Numbered from the stretch's first letter, positions 24,921 through 38,755 are shown. The stretch is DNA of 64,000 bases from Octopus sinensis (GCF_006345805.1 NC_043002.1:69378001-69442000); one strand, 5' to 3'. Made by a program: numbers and translations. Notes: generated by a model not told the origin, from the sequence alone.

Positions 24921-25382
24921 AGTGTACAATTAAAGGAATTTAATTAAATTTTTATACAAGTTCAACTAAACGTGCAACAAACTTTTCTTATGAGTTGTAA
25001 AAGCAAAAAGAAACTGCATATATATTCATAAAATTCTTTGTAAATAATATCTCTCAGCAAAAGAAACGTTACGACATAAAGATTAAAAGAATTAGCTACT
25101 TGAGTAGTTTTAAGTGGATTTTTTTAGCACTTTATTTGAATTAGCTGCAGTAGGAGTACAAGTAATGCAGCCAGGTATCAATTAGAAGACTTGGGTTCGA
25201 TTCTTACTCCTTACTCTCCATTTCTTGTATTATTGAATATAAATATATCATCGTGGGCAGGATAAGCAAGAAAAATAGGTTAACAAATGGTGGAATATTA
25301 GAAAAGCTGATATTACAAAGAGTCATATTGCCGGGAATCAAGTTTACAAAAGTATTGCATTTTGGACAAAAGGCTACCAAAC

Positions 25383-25640
25383 CTTAGTGGCTACGGTAAT
25401 CAGCCTACGATCGTAAGGTCGTGAGTTCGATTCCCGGCGACGATTTGTGTCCTTGAGTAAAGCACTTTCACATTGCTCCAGTCCACTCAGCTGACAAAAA
25501 TGGGTTATACCTGCAATTCAAGTGGCCAGCCTTGTCACATTGTATGTCACGCTGAACCTTTACATCTACGCGAGCCGGCTGTTCCGTTGATCGGATCAAC
25601 TGGAACCCTTGTCGTCGAAACCGATGGAGTGCCAGATGCC
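25383..25640 (+). mobile_element. tRNA-derived CORE-like SINE (family C)
   Basis: gagttcgattccc B-box, tgtgtccttgagtaaagcact; 3' part shared with the SINE at 23288 (gttccgttgatcggatcaac...gaaccctcgtcgtcg..accgacggagtgc). Confidence 0.7.
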
Positions 25641-25659
25641 CTCACTGTGTCCAGGGTCG

Positions 25660-25970
25660 GCTTGCCATGACTTTCCTGTTGAATGCATGCATCCAGCCAG
25701 GCTCTTGTTTCCCGTCTATTCTTTGATATCATCAATTACAAACGTCTTTGACGGCCTTTTGCTCTCTTCTTCTCCACACTTCTCGTTTGGATGGCCACGG
25801 GTAAGGACTCCTGGTGCATTGCATGTCCAAAATACGATACTCTTGTAGACTTGATTCTCGACAATATGTATCTTTGTATTTTCAGCTAAATTTTCTTGAG
25901 AACATTCCTTTCTTAGTGGTAAGACTATAGAGGGTCGACTATAGAGGATGTCCACTTAGTAGTCATCCCT
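25660..25970 (-). mobile_element. RTE-type LINE 3' end fragment
   Basis: Minus frames SYFGHAMH and KRPSKTFVIDDIKE*TG resemble the RTE C-terminus (YFGHV.R...RGRP..W.DDIKEWTG). Confidence 0.6.
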
Positions 25971-25972
25971 CC

Positions 25973-26004
<32 letters not shown>

Positions 26005-26520
26005 TGTATGTATGTATGTATGTATGTATGTATGTATGTATGTATATAATATTGTTTATTATTTATTATTTAATTGAACGCAACGCATCCATTTCCAAGT
26101 AAGTTTATACACCCCCCACACACATACACACACACTCACACACACACACACATAAACGGTATTCTCTATACAATGTTACACTAAATTCTAGAGGACGTTT
26201 GAAATTCATAACGTACGTCCGTTATATAATTATGTCATGAAACGTAGACTGCAACATATATACCCAGTCGTACGATTATTCTGCAAAACGACAGATTCCA
26301 AGAAATACCATTTTCAACACAAGGATACGCAATATGCTGATACTATATATTAAAAAGAATTCTTAAGATTCCTTCCCTGCCATTTCTTTAGAGATATTAT
26401 GTCACAGAGAACCAGTATTTTCCCAACACACACACTTCTCAGTATTGTTTTTAGTGGGACTTCGTTTTTTTGTTCGCATAAACAGACTTATACGCACGGA
26501 TGCACGCACGCGCACACACA

Positions 26521-26572
<52 letters not shown>

Positions 26573-27159
26573 TACAGACATACACACACACATACCTATA
26601 CAGAAATACATTATCTTCAACTACATATATAAACACAACCTTGCGTATATATAAATATGTATATAAATATATGTATGTGGAGGGTATGTGTAAAATGTGT
26701 GCATATGTGTACATGCACATGCATATATATAAATCCAAACACACACACACGCTCACATACACATACACACGCTCACATACACATACACACGATACACGTT
26801 TGGTAATAGGAAAAGGGGGCGAAAAAGAAAAAAAAAAACGAGTTTAAAGTCAGGTCAAAGAAAGGAGTTGTTAGAATTTGATATGACGCTGTTGTAATAA
26901 GCAAAAAGGCGAGCAGTCTAAGACTTGGTAACTGATATCTGTAACTAGCTTGGCCAAAATTCCGCTGATTTAGCAAAATCTCTTCCGACACGTGTCGTCA
27001 AAAATCGGAGAAAAACGGCTTCGAAAGAAAGACTACATTCCTTGAGAAAGCAGTTTCTATTGGTGTCAGCAGTTTTCCGCTTTAATAACCACATCTGTTT
27101 TTTTCTTTTATTTTTTAACCTCTTGTTTTTTTTTCTCCTTTTTTTTTTCTTTTGAAAGT

Positions 27160-27723
27160 CTGATGTTCTTGTTGCTTATGCTTTTGTTGTTGCTGTTGTT
27201 GTTGTTATTGTTATTATTATTTATTTTTAACCTGTTAATGTTGTTAGGGTCGGGGCAATTGGTGTCGATGGTGATGGTGATGGTGATGATGATGATGATT
27301 GTGATGCTGATGCTGATGATGGTGATACTGATGACATTGATGTCCTCGGAGTGACGGTGGTATTGATGGTGGTGGTGGTGGTGGTGGTGGTGGTGGTAGA
27401 AGTACTGGTGTGATGGTATAGGCATGACAACGACGACGACGACGATGATGATGATGATGATGATGATGATGATAATGATGATGATGATGAAGAGGGTGAT
27501 GATGACGATGAAGAGGGTAATGATGATAATGATGACGACGATGAAGATGATGATGATGATGACGACGACGACGACGACGACGATGATGATGATGATGATA
27601 AGACGAGGACGATGATGATTCAACTGATGGTTGTTATGGTGATGGTTGTGGTGACTGCAAAATTGATGGCGGCGGTGGTGACGCTCAATGCGACCGTGAT
27701 GAATATGGTGGCGGTGGTAGTTG

Positions 27724-27755
<32 letters not shown>

Positions 27756-27800
27756 ATTATGATTATGGTTGTGATGGTTGTTATGGCAACTGAAGATTAC
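27160..27800. repeat. Compound trinucleotide microsatellite (GAT/GAC/GGT)
   Basis: Direct reading. Confidence 0.9.
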
Positions 27801-28084
27801 CAATGTCTCCGTACCTTTGTAGCTGTTATGAAGCAACGTTAAAAGGAACGAGAGAGAAAAACCAAAGTCTGCCTTAAGGATTGGACTGGTCAGTGAAAAA
27901 TAAGAGTGAAGGGTGCAGTGTTGTATTGTGCTACCCTGGTAAAAATTTAGGGTGTCACGATTGACGGCGAAAAGGGTATAGTGTTGTGATGGTAATGATG
28001 ATGATGATGATGATGTGGAAGGTGGGTTATCTCAACAGTGATATTGATTGTATATTTGCTGACAATAGCGAAGGGATACAATGT

Positions 28085-28295
28085 TGTTTCCAATTTTGGA
28101 ACAAGGCCAGCAATTTAGGGTGGTGGGGTTGGGTTGGGGTTGGGGGTTTTAAGTCGGTTACATTGACCCCAGTGCAGTGTTCGACTGGTGTTTATTTTAT
28201 CGACCTCCGAAAGGATGAAAGGCAAAGTCGACCTCGGAGGAATTCGAACTCAGAACTTAAAGACGGACGAAATGCCGCTAAACATTTTGCCCTCG
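28085..28295 (-). mobile_element. SINE family A
   Basis: tttatcgacctccgaaaggatgaaaggcaaagtcgacctcggaggaattcgaactcagaac. Confidence 0.75.
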
Positions 28296-28329
28296 CGAGA
28301 TGTTACCCTGACAATAAGGTTGGCTTTGG

Positions 28330-29730
28330 ATGGTGAAAGGGTACAATGTTGTGAAGTGCCATGTTGAGGTTGAATGTCACATTGGGCAGGGAAGGGGTAG
28401 ATCGTTGTGAAATGCTATCTAGATGATAATGTTGACTCTCACGTTGGGTGCAGTGTTGTAGGTTGCTCTACTGATAATGAGGTTGAATGTTACATTGGGT
28501 AGGGAAGGGGTGGATCGTTGTGAGATGCTATATAGATGATAATGTTGACTCTCACGTTGGGTGGGAAAAGAGTGCAGTGTTGTAGGTTGCTCTGCTGATA
28601 ATGAGGTTGAATGTCACATTGGGTAGGAAAGGGGTATATCGTTGTGAAATGCTATCTAGATGATAATGTTGACTCTCACGTTGGGTAGGAAAAGAGTGCA
28701 GTGTTGTAGGTTGCTCTGCTGATAATGAGGTTGAATGTCACATTGGGTAGGGAAGAGGTAGATCGTTGTGACATGCTGTCTAGATGATAATGTTGACTCT
28801 CACGTTGGGTAGGAAAAGAGTGCAGTGTTGTAGGTTGCTCTGCTGATAATGAGGTTGAATGTCACATTGGGTAGGGAGAGGTAGATCGTTGTGACATGCT
28901 GTCTAGATGATAATGTTGACTCTCAGTGGGTGGGAAAAGGGTGCAGTGTTGTAGGTTGCTCTGCTGATAATGAGGTTGAATGTCACATTGGGTAGGGAAG
29001 GGGTAAATCGTTGTGAGATGCTATATAGATGATAATGTTGACTCTCACGTTGGGTGGGAAAAGGGTGCAGTGTTGTAGGTTGCTCTGCTGATAATGAGGT
29101 TGAATGTCACATTGGGTAGGAAAGGGGTATATCGTTGTGAAATGCTATCTAGATGATAATGTTGACTCTCACGTTGGGTAGGAAAAGAGTGCAGTGTTGT
29201 AGGTTGCTCTGCTGATAATGAGGTTGAATGTCATATTGGGTAGGGAAGAGGTAGATCGTTGTGACATGCTGTCTAGATGATAATGTTGACTCTCAGTTGG
29301 GTGGGAAAAGGGTGCAGTGTTGTAGATTGCTCTGCTGATAATGAGGTTGGATGTCACATTGGGTAGGGAAGGGGTAAATCGTTGTGAGATGCTATATAGA
29401 TGATAATGTTGACTCTCACGTTGGGTGGGAAAAGGGTGCAGTGTTGTAGGTTGCTCTGCTGATAATGAGGTTGAATGTCACATTGGGTAGGAAAGGGGTA
29501 TATCGTTGTGAAATGCTATCTAGATGATAATGTTGACTCTCACGTTGGGTGGGAAAAGGGTGCAGTGTTGTAGGTTGCTCTGCTGATAATGAGGTTGAAT
29601 GTCACATTGGGTAGTGAAGGGGTAGATCGTTGTGAAATGCTATCTAGATGATAATGTTGACTCTCACATTGGGTGGGAAAAGGGTGCAGTGTTGTAGGTT
29701 GCTCTGCTGATGAGGTTGAATATCACATTA
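28330..29730. repeat. Satellite/minisatellite, ~124-bp unit made of two related ~61-63-bp subunits, about 11 copies
   Basis: (a/g)gtgcagtgttgtagg at 28571, 28695, 28819 and 28940; both halves share tgttg/cgttg...gataatg...gttga...tcac.ttggg. Confidence 0.93.
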
Positions 29731-29997
29731 TGTCATGTCCAATTTTGTACTCAAATCTTTTTCTTTTTGCTCAACAATTCCCCAAATCTCTCAACAAGAA
29801 TCCCTAAAGCACCGGACTAAAATGCTTTTCAACGTATTTATTTATTCTCTGTACACTATGAATTCCCAGTCCTACAGGGGTAGAATTTATTCTTGACCTA
29901 TGCAGGGCTGGTAAGTTAAGTGCGTTTTGAGTTAAAAATTAGAAATCAGTGTTGCAACTACCAACCGACTAACCAACCAACCGACTAACCAACCAAC

Positions 29998-30184
29998 CAC
30001 CACCACCACCACCACCACCACCACCACCACTACCACCACCGCCGCCGCCGCCGCCGCCACCACCACCACCACCATCATCATCATCATCGACAACGTCGTC
30101 GTCGTCGTCGTCGTCATCATCATCATCATCATCATCGGCATCTTCCTCCTCCTCCTCCTCCTCTCCACCACTACCATCACTACC

Positions 30185-30218
<34 letters not shown>

Positions 30219-31196
30219 TCATCGACAACGTCGTTGTCATCTTCGTCGGCATCTTCCTCCTCCCCCTCCTCCTCTCCACCACCACCATCACTACCACCAT
30301 CATTATTATCATTATCATCATCATCATCTTCATCATCATTCGCAGCAGCAGCAGCAGTAGCAGTAGCAGCAGCAACAACAACATCAAAAGATTACCATGA
30401 CTGTGGTGCATGTGTTACTATGATCTGCTATTTGTTACAATCACCCTCGACTAATATAAACCCCTTCACCCCTGTTTTCTCTCTCAGTCATTCTCCCCCC
30501 CCCCTCAACCCGCCACACACCCACCCACCCTGCCATCACACATCTCCACAATTTCCTTCCCTATCTCTCATACATACACCTTATGTTAACTTAACTCTGC
30601 AGCCAACAGGGAATATCTATGTGGTTGCTCGACCTGCTATAAATAGTTGTCAAGTCACCCCTTACCCGGATCACACCCTACCGTTTTGGGAAAAGATAGG
30701 ACCATATTGGATAATCTAATACTTACTTCATTCCACTGAAAGAAAAAAAAATTAAGGATGGGATGGTCATGGTTATAGAAAAGAACGCTTTTGATCATAT
30801 TTTCCCCTTCCTCCCCCTCCTCCTCCTCCTCCTCCTTCTGCCCTTTTTCCTCATCGTAATGGTCGTCGTCGTGGTCATCGTCGTCATCATGCTAATTGTC
30901 GCAATCATCACCAACACCACTGCCACCACCATCATCATCGTCACTGACTTCATTGTCGTCGCTGTCGTCGTGGTCGTCGTCGCCACCGCCGAAATCATCA
31001 TCATCACCGACTTCACAACCACCACCACCAACACCACCACCACCACTACCACCACCGCCGCCGCCGCCGCCGCCACCACCACCACCACCATCATCATCAT
31101 CATCGACAACGTCGTCGTCGTCGTCGTCGTCATCATCATCATCATCATCGGCATCTTCCTCCTCCTCCTCCTCCTCTCCACACTACCATCACTACC

Positions 31197-31230
<34 letters not shown>

Positions 31231-32090
31231 TCATCGACAACGTCGTTGTCATCTTCGTCGGCATCTTCCTCCTCCCCCTCCTCCTCTCCACCACCACCAT
31301 CACTACCACCATCATTATTATCATTATCATCATCATCATCTTCATCATCATTCGCAGCAGCAGCAGCAGTAGCAGTAGCAGCAGCAACAACAACATCAAA
31401 AGATTACCATGACTGTGGTGCATGTGTTACTATGATCTGCTATTTGTTACAATCACCCTCGACTAATATAAACCCCTTCACCCCTGTTTTCTCTCTCAGT
31501 CATTCTCCCCCCCCCCTCAACCCGCCACACACCCACCCACCCTGCCATCACACATCTCCACAATTTCCTTCCCTATCTCTCATACATACACCTTATGTTA
31601 ACTTAACTCTGCAGCCAACAGGGAATATCTATGTGGTTGCTCGACCTGCTATAAATAGTTGTCAAGTCACCCCTTACCCGGATCACACCCTACCGTTTTG
31701 GGAAAAGATAGGACCATATTGGATAATCTAATACTTACTTCATTCCACTGAAAGAAAAAAAAATTAAGGATGGGATGGTCATGGTTATAGAAAAGAACGC
31801 TTTTGATCATATTTTCCCCTTCCTCCCCCTCCTCCTCCTCCTCCTCCTTCTGCCCTTTTTCCTCATCGTAATGGTCGTCGTCGTGGTCATCGTCGTCATC
31901 ATGCTAATTGTCGCAATCATCACCAACACCACTGCCACCACCATCATCATCGTCACTGACTTCATTGTCGTCGCTGTCGTCGTGGTCGTCGTCGCCACCG
32001 CCGAAATCATCATCATCACCGACTTCACAACCACCACCACCAACACCACCACCACCACCATCATCACCAACGTCGTCGTCATCATCATCA
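29998..32090. repeat. Near-perfect tandem duplication, 1,012-bp unit (~2.06 copies), rich in CAC/CAT/CGT triplets
   Basis: attaccatgactgtgg at 30391 and 31403; identical ORF starts at 30763 and 31775. Confidence 0.92.
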
Positions 32091-32499
32091 TCATCATCAT
32101 CAAGTTCAATTACCAACGACAGGCGGTTAAACAATAACTATAATACCAACTAGAACACTACTATTTTTACTATACTATTTAACTTAATTTTTTTCTCTTT
32201 TTCACTTCACTACTATCTTATTTTCCTCTTATTTTTCTTTCTTCTTCAGTGCTCGACGCACTCTCTCTCTCTCTCATTTTCTTTCTCTCAGTATCTTTTT
32301 CCACTCAGTTCTTTGCTCCGCCCCAACTCCTCTATCTCTTTCTATCATTCTTATGCTTTCTCACCTCGTTCTCTTCCATAAATCTTTCTCTACAACTCCC
32401 ACTTCCCCTTCTTCTCTTCCTTTTTCTATTACCATCTCCTTTTTCCACAACTCTCACACTTACCCTAGGATTCCAACACTTCCCCTATAACTTCCACTC

Positions 32500-33080
32500 T
32501 ATCTCTACAAGTATCTTTCTCTACAACGTTTGCCTTTCTCTACAACGCTTGCCTTCCTCTACAACGTTTGCCTTTCTCTACAACGCTTGCCTTCCTCTAC
32601 AACGTTTGCCTTTTTCTACAACGTTTGCCTTTCTCTACAATGGTCTTTTTCTACAAATCTTACTCTTTCTCTACAACGCTTGCCTTTCCCTACAAGTATC
32701 TTTCTCTATAACTTTTGCTTTTCTCTACAAGGATCTTTCTCTACAACGTTTGCCTTTCTCTACAATGGTCTTTTTCTACAAATCTTACTCTTTCTCTACA
32801 AGTATCTTTCTCCACAACGCTTGCCTTTCCTTACAAGCATCTTTCTCTACAAATTTTGCTTTTCTCTACAAATTTTGCTTTTCTCTACAAATTTTGCTTT
32901 TCTCTACAAGTATCTTTCTCTACAATGGTCTTTCTATACAAATCTCACTTTTTCTCTACAATATTTGCCTTTCTCTACAAATATCTTTCTTCCATAGCTT
33001 TTGCTTTTCGCTTCAACTTCCACCGTTTTTGATACAACTCTAGACCTTTCACTACAACTCCTTTTCTACAACTCTCACAC
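32500..33080. repeat. Pyrimidine-rich composite minisatellite built on a (t)ttctctacaa core (~16-19-bp units)
   Basis: Dozens of ctctacaa cores followed by alternating cgtttgcc / cgcttgcc / gtatc / attttgct / tggtc spacers; within a C/T-skewed tract ~32160-33850. Confidence 0.88.
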
Positions 33081-35160
33081 TTACTCTACAGTGCTCACTC
33101 TCATTACAACGCCCACTCCCTTCTTTCTCTAAAACTCTTATTTTTTCTTTTTCTTCTTTCTCTTTTCTCTGTTTCTTTCCTCTACAATTCTCCAAGATCT
33201 TTTTCTTTTTCATTCATATTCTCTCTCTTCTACCAGTTACTCATCGTAATGGTCGTCTTTCCCTTTCTAGATATCACTCTCCCTTTCCATTTCTCTCCTG
33301 CTTTCTATACATCTCTATCCTTCCTTCTACATTATCTTCTCTCTATCTTCTTCATTTTCTCTCTTTCCAACGGCCTTCCTTTCATTTATCACTGTTTTGC
33401 CCACCTGTTTTTTTTTTCGCTCTCTCTTATTTTCGCCAACATCCTTGTTCTCAATAAACACCGTCCCTCGATACGGCCTACTTTTTCTGTCACCCTTTAT
33501 ATTTCTCTCTCACTCTCCCCTCTCTCTTCGTTCTTTAATTTCTCTCTTCTTTCTCACTCTTTGGATCTATGTATTTTCATTCATTCTTTCTTTCTTTCTT
33601 TACAACCAATTTGCTTACTGCTCCTTTTTTCTCCTTATTGCTCCCCTTTCTTATCCTGTACTTTATTCTTTTCTCCCTTTTTCTTCTCTCGTGTTATCCT
33701 CCGGTCCGTCCACCCGTCTGATCGTTAGGCTGCCCGTCCGTCTGTCCGTCTATTCGTCTATCTGTCTCTGTCTCTGTCTCTCTCCCTCTGTCTGTCTGTC
33801 TCTCTCCACTGTTCCACTTGTCTCATATTTTGTAATTCATTTTTAACTCTTATTTTCATTCCTTCCTACATTTACAGTCCCTAACATCATAAACACATAT
33901 ACATATATTCACGAACACTTACACATATAGACGCACATACATACCCCCCACACACAACGTACACACACACACAACCAGCACATACAGTCACATACAGTCA
34001 ATGACACATATATCTTCCTTTCTTTCGTTTAACACTGTACCCCAGAATGGTCACTGCAAAATGACTGAAACTTTTTAAGAATACAATAATGCACACACAT
34101 ACAATTTTAAAAGTTGCATAAATAAGCAAACATGTGTGGAGACAGACATACAAGTATCACACATACATACATACATATATACATACATACACAAGTATTC
34201 ATACACTCAAACACACCGGCAGACGATTTCACACACATCGGCAGACTACAAATCTTGCACATATGCACACAGACAGTAAAGACTCCTCCAACTCCATCCA
34301 CCCTACTCCATTCCCTCGTCGCCGCCACCACGACCACCAATTTCTCAAATAAAGCACCCACCCGTCTCCGGTATCCACCCCACTCCACTCTACCCCATTC
34401 TACCCACCACATCATTCCATTCCAGTCTACCCCGCCACTCTTCCTAAAGTCTGTATTCCACCCCGCTTCCCAACCTGTCAAACGATATGCGTAGCCTAGA
34501 AGGACAGTTGTAACCAAGATGGTGGCGTCAGAGGCAAAAGTATGACAATCTAGAATAAGGCCCGCCCCTGTCCCGTGGGATATTTCTCTTTCTTCTACTT
34601 GTTGTTATTATTGTTGTTGTTAATCTTGTTTCTGTTGCTGATGTTGCTTTTGTTGCTAAAATTTGAACCAGATGTGTATCTTAATCTCCAACATGGGGAG
34701 CCGCCATTAAGATCTGCACTAGGAAATCCAGAACAGCAAAAAAAATTTTTATTCACCAGTACAAACTAAGCGAGTTGCGGCTGTTCTGTTCAACTCACTT
34801 ACTCCCGCGTACTTGATATTTTGCTTTTCACTGCTTAATGGTTTCTATAGAATTTCCGTTCTGCATAGCCTTGTTTTTCTTTCTTTCTTTCTTTGTTTCT
34901 TTTCCTTTTTGTCATCTCCGTAAAGACAGCGTGGGTGGGGTTTGGAATGGAGACCATAAGAACATTTAAAATCAAAATTAAAAAAGAAAAAAAGAATGTC
35001 TGATTCGAAATATACAATTATGTCTTTGGATATATATTTTCCCGTTCGTTTCCTTCCTTCTCTCAAATTCTATTCAAATAAATAAATAAATAGAATTTAA
35101 AAAAGAAAAAAAATCTTAAAAAATTTATTTCATTTCACCCATCGGTTCGTCCAAGAATCC

Positions 35161-35162
35161 AT

Positions 35163-35247
<85 letters not shown>

Positions 35248-35334
35248 GTAGCTATCTATCTATCTATCTATCTGCTGTCTGTCTGTCTGTGTGTCTCTGT
35301 CTCTGTCTCTCTCTATCTTTTTCTTTCATGTGTG

Positions 35335-35410
<76 letters not shown>
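35161..35410. repeat. (TCTA)n and (GT)n microsatellites
   Basis: Direct reading. Confidence 0.9.
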
Positions 35411-35411
<1 letters not shown>

Positions 35412-35936
35412 TGCATTTATCTTTTTAGCAACTGTGCGTTAATAGCCGATGAATATATCCACCACACTTAGAAAAAAAAAATTAAATTTTCCGACTAGAA
35501 ATAATTACAGAATGTTATATGCGATGTAAAGAAAATCTATGAATATAATTTCTTAAGGGAGCAGGACTATTTTTACTTTCTTCATCTCTTTATTCAGCAT
35601 TTCATAATCTTTTCGCGATGGCCTTCTCTATCTCTGATATCCACAATCCACACATTGAATTAATTAAACTGACCTGATTTACGCTATGCTAACTCTTTTA
35701 CAGTAGACGTTAATGTTCTGCCTTTGGTTCTTCCTCCCCTCCTGTGTGCCCTTATATTCTTACAAGCATCAATCCAGGACGGCATGTTAACTGAACTATT
35801 AGGTCAGACAAGATGTCTTACAGCATCTATTCGGACTCTTTTACCTTCTAACAGCAACGTTTGAGACGACACTGGTGCCAAACTGTATCGGCCCTAAAGC
35901 GGTGCGGTGACTTTCTTTCGGATAATATTGTTGGCG

Positions 35937-36170
<234 letters not shown>

Positions 36171-36345
36171 CCTCTTTGCTCAGGCCTGCATAAACATGCA
36201 GAAAAATGATCAACCGTGACTGATGACCTCCTCCCGTTCTCACTATTTCCCTATAAATCCCACATCCAATTCTTACTTCTCTGGAACTGACTTCATTTTA
36301 AATTCCACCCAATCCAGATATTCACACTAGTAATTGTAATACACA

Positions 36346-36653
36346 ATTACCTCCACCTTAGCAAAGGCAGAGAGGTATTGTTTTCAATCGTGTTTGTTTG
36401 TCCGTGGACAAGATATCTCAAGAACCGCTGGATGGATTCGGATGAAACTTTCAAGGATTCTGGATTATATTTCCTGTTTTTTTCTCCTTTACTTAATTTT
36501 TTGAGAGCGGTCAGACCCATTTTTAGTATTCTCATTTGTGAGAGCAGTCGAGTTATTTCAGATATCCTCATTTTAAAAATCATTTTTGACTAATCGTTGA
36601 GAGGATGTTGTTGTTGCCTTGGTGGAGGTTTGCGCTCTCTGAGTGCTCTTGTT
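36346..36653 (+). mobile_element. Helentron/Helitron2-type non-autonomous element (HINE-like)
   Basis: 5' attacctccacc, subterminal inverted ggtggagg, then a short 3' hairpin gcgctctctgagtgc and end in tt; contains a gtttgtttgtcc microsatellite-like segment. Confidence 0.6.
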
Positions 36654-37706
36654 ATAAGATATAATGCATAATATGTGATACATAACTATAATGCATAATG
36701 CATTATAGTAATTGTATAATTATCTTCCAAATCATTTAACTCTTGCAGCAAAGGAAAGAGTCAAGATTATACAAGTAAAACTCCTAAGTAGAAGATCCGT
36801 CTGTTGCCATAGACAATGCTGCCAGATGGCTTGCCAACAATTTGTTGAAATGAAATGCTGAAAGCCCCCACAAAGGAATAAAGGCTTTTTAATGCGTACT
36901 TTATGTCTGGTAGTGTAATACTTTGTCGACTCACCCCTAAGGTTGTTAATAATGTTAGGAAAACGGCAGAAATTTTTGCAAGGTGTAAAGAGGTTGTTTT
37001 CAGGTCTTTTTCCATCAGAAATTCACGGTGCCTCTTCTTGGAACTCCCGGGCCCGCACCGATTTGCCGGCTGAACTCTATCCCCTTATAGACCTTGAGAA
37101 GCGAAACTAGATCGCATTTTAAATTACTGTCGCTAAGTTTTTGTCTTAACTACAAAAACAACGACGACGACTACGACGACGACAACAAAAATTGAATTCT
37201 TTGGAGGATATACTACATTTCAGGCTCTGTATATCTTTTTGTCAAAAGAGGTTGCCCATTCATTACCTATGGCAGTTTGCGAGTCCTTAAATGTATGCAG
37301 GATTGCCAGGAGGAAGAAACAACAATTTACCTTTTGCTACTGTAGAAAGTTGAACATTAAGACTTGACCTCAAATAGAAAACTAGTCCGAATCCCTGCAG
37401 TAACATTGTTAGATGAATCATTTTTCTGGCAGACCTCTGCACGATTTCTGCGTATTCAATTTCATTTAGGCCATTTCTATGCTGTTGTAGAACACATTTG
37501 CTCAAGATGCAACGAGGTGTGACCGTAACCAGAAAATGTGATTAGATAACTTCTTAATCGCATGGGAAAAGCCTGCAACCATACAATGACGGCCAACGAG
37601 AGCATCAGATATGAAAGGCTTCCAATCAAGGATTGAAACTGCGTCGCGAACTCTGATCGCCAGAAGCTGAATTAAAGCGCTCAACGACAATAGCAACAGC
37701 AGCTGT

Positions 37707-37740
<34 letters not shown>

Positions 37741-38239
37741 ATAGCAGCAATAGCAATAGCAACAACAACAACTGCTGTGATACATTTTGACAAAACAGAA
37801 AGGTCAACTTTTGCAAAGAAGATTATTTTTTTTCATCCTGAGAGGATTTGAACGCTGGGTTATAAATTACCAATTTAATTGGTCACCTCCGGAAAACCTT
37901 ACGGTGCTCTTGCTTACATTTGTATCAACTAATTAACCAGTAGAGGTAAAGATTGCTATCCGTAGAAGCGAGTCTCGCAAAGGTGAAAATGACTCTTTCA
38001 GCACAGCTCTGTCTCCGTCTTACGAAATATTTGCACGACTCGTTGTAATATGATGGATCTTGATTTAAGCACAAAACCAGCAGTTTTGAAGTGAGACAAT
38101 TAGTCGATACTATCAACGTAAAGAGTCGGATGAAGCCTACCCTACCGCAAAACATTTTATGCGATGCTCAAACGACAACTTTACCAATTTACCATCCTAA
38201 CTCGCTGTAATATAATTCTTTATCTTTATAGTTTTGACA

Positions 38240-38755
38240 CGAGGCCAGCAATTTTGAGGAGTTGGGGAAGGCGGTTACATCGACCCCAGTGCTAAATGGT
38301 ACTTATTTTGTTGATCCCGAGAAGATAAAAGGTAAAGTCGACCTCGGCGGAATTTGAACTCTGAACGTAAAGTGTCAGAAGTAAATGCTCCAAGGCGTTT
38401 TGTTCGACACACTGGCAATTCTGCCGAACTGACTTGCTGTTATATGATCCTTTCTATTATAAGGCCTGAAACTTTTAGGGGAGGGAGAGGGCTTGTTGAT
38501 TACATCGACCCTTGCGCTGTGGATCTTTAGGTGACATGCAATGGACTTCGAATAAAGAAAACCTTTTCTACTCCAGGCACAAGGACCGAAATTTTTGGGG
38601 AGTGGATCAGTCGATTAATCGACCCGACTACGCGACCGGTACTTAATTTATCGACCCCGAAGCAAAGTCGACATCGGCCTCATTTGAATTTAGAATGTGA
38701 AGACAGACAAAATTTTGTCCGGCATGTTTACGGTTCTATTAGCTCGCCGCCTTGA
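38240..38755 (-). mobile_element. Cluster of degraded SINE family A copies
   Basis: Repeated ggtacttaatttatcgacccc...aaagtcgac..cggcggaatttgaactc. Confidence 0.7.

Noticed and set aside
27108-27836. 242-aa His/Ile-rich ORF and similar poly-amino-acid ORFs throughout
   Set aside because: Pure microsatellite translations.
28330-29730. Regular repeat array as a possible CRISPR
   Set aside because: No unique spacers, eukaryotic context and no cas genes; it is a tandem satellite.
30763-31731. 322-aa ORF (and its partial duplicates)
   Set aside because: Made of triplet microsatellites and a C-rich tract within the 1,012-bp duplication; no domain-like sequence or splice context.
32249-33043. 264-aa F/L/S/Y-rich ORF resembling a membrane or repeat protein
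   Set aside because: A pyrimidine minisatellite is naturally stop-poor and all three frames are open; not coding evidence.
36767-37816. Several 70-104-aa minus-strand ORFs (an SDGKRPE motif was noted in another frame)
   Set aside because: No consistent domain motifs or splice structure could be supported by eye; a tBLASTx search would be needed.
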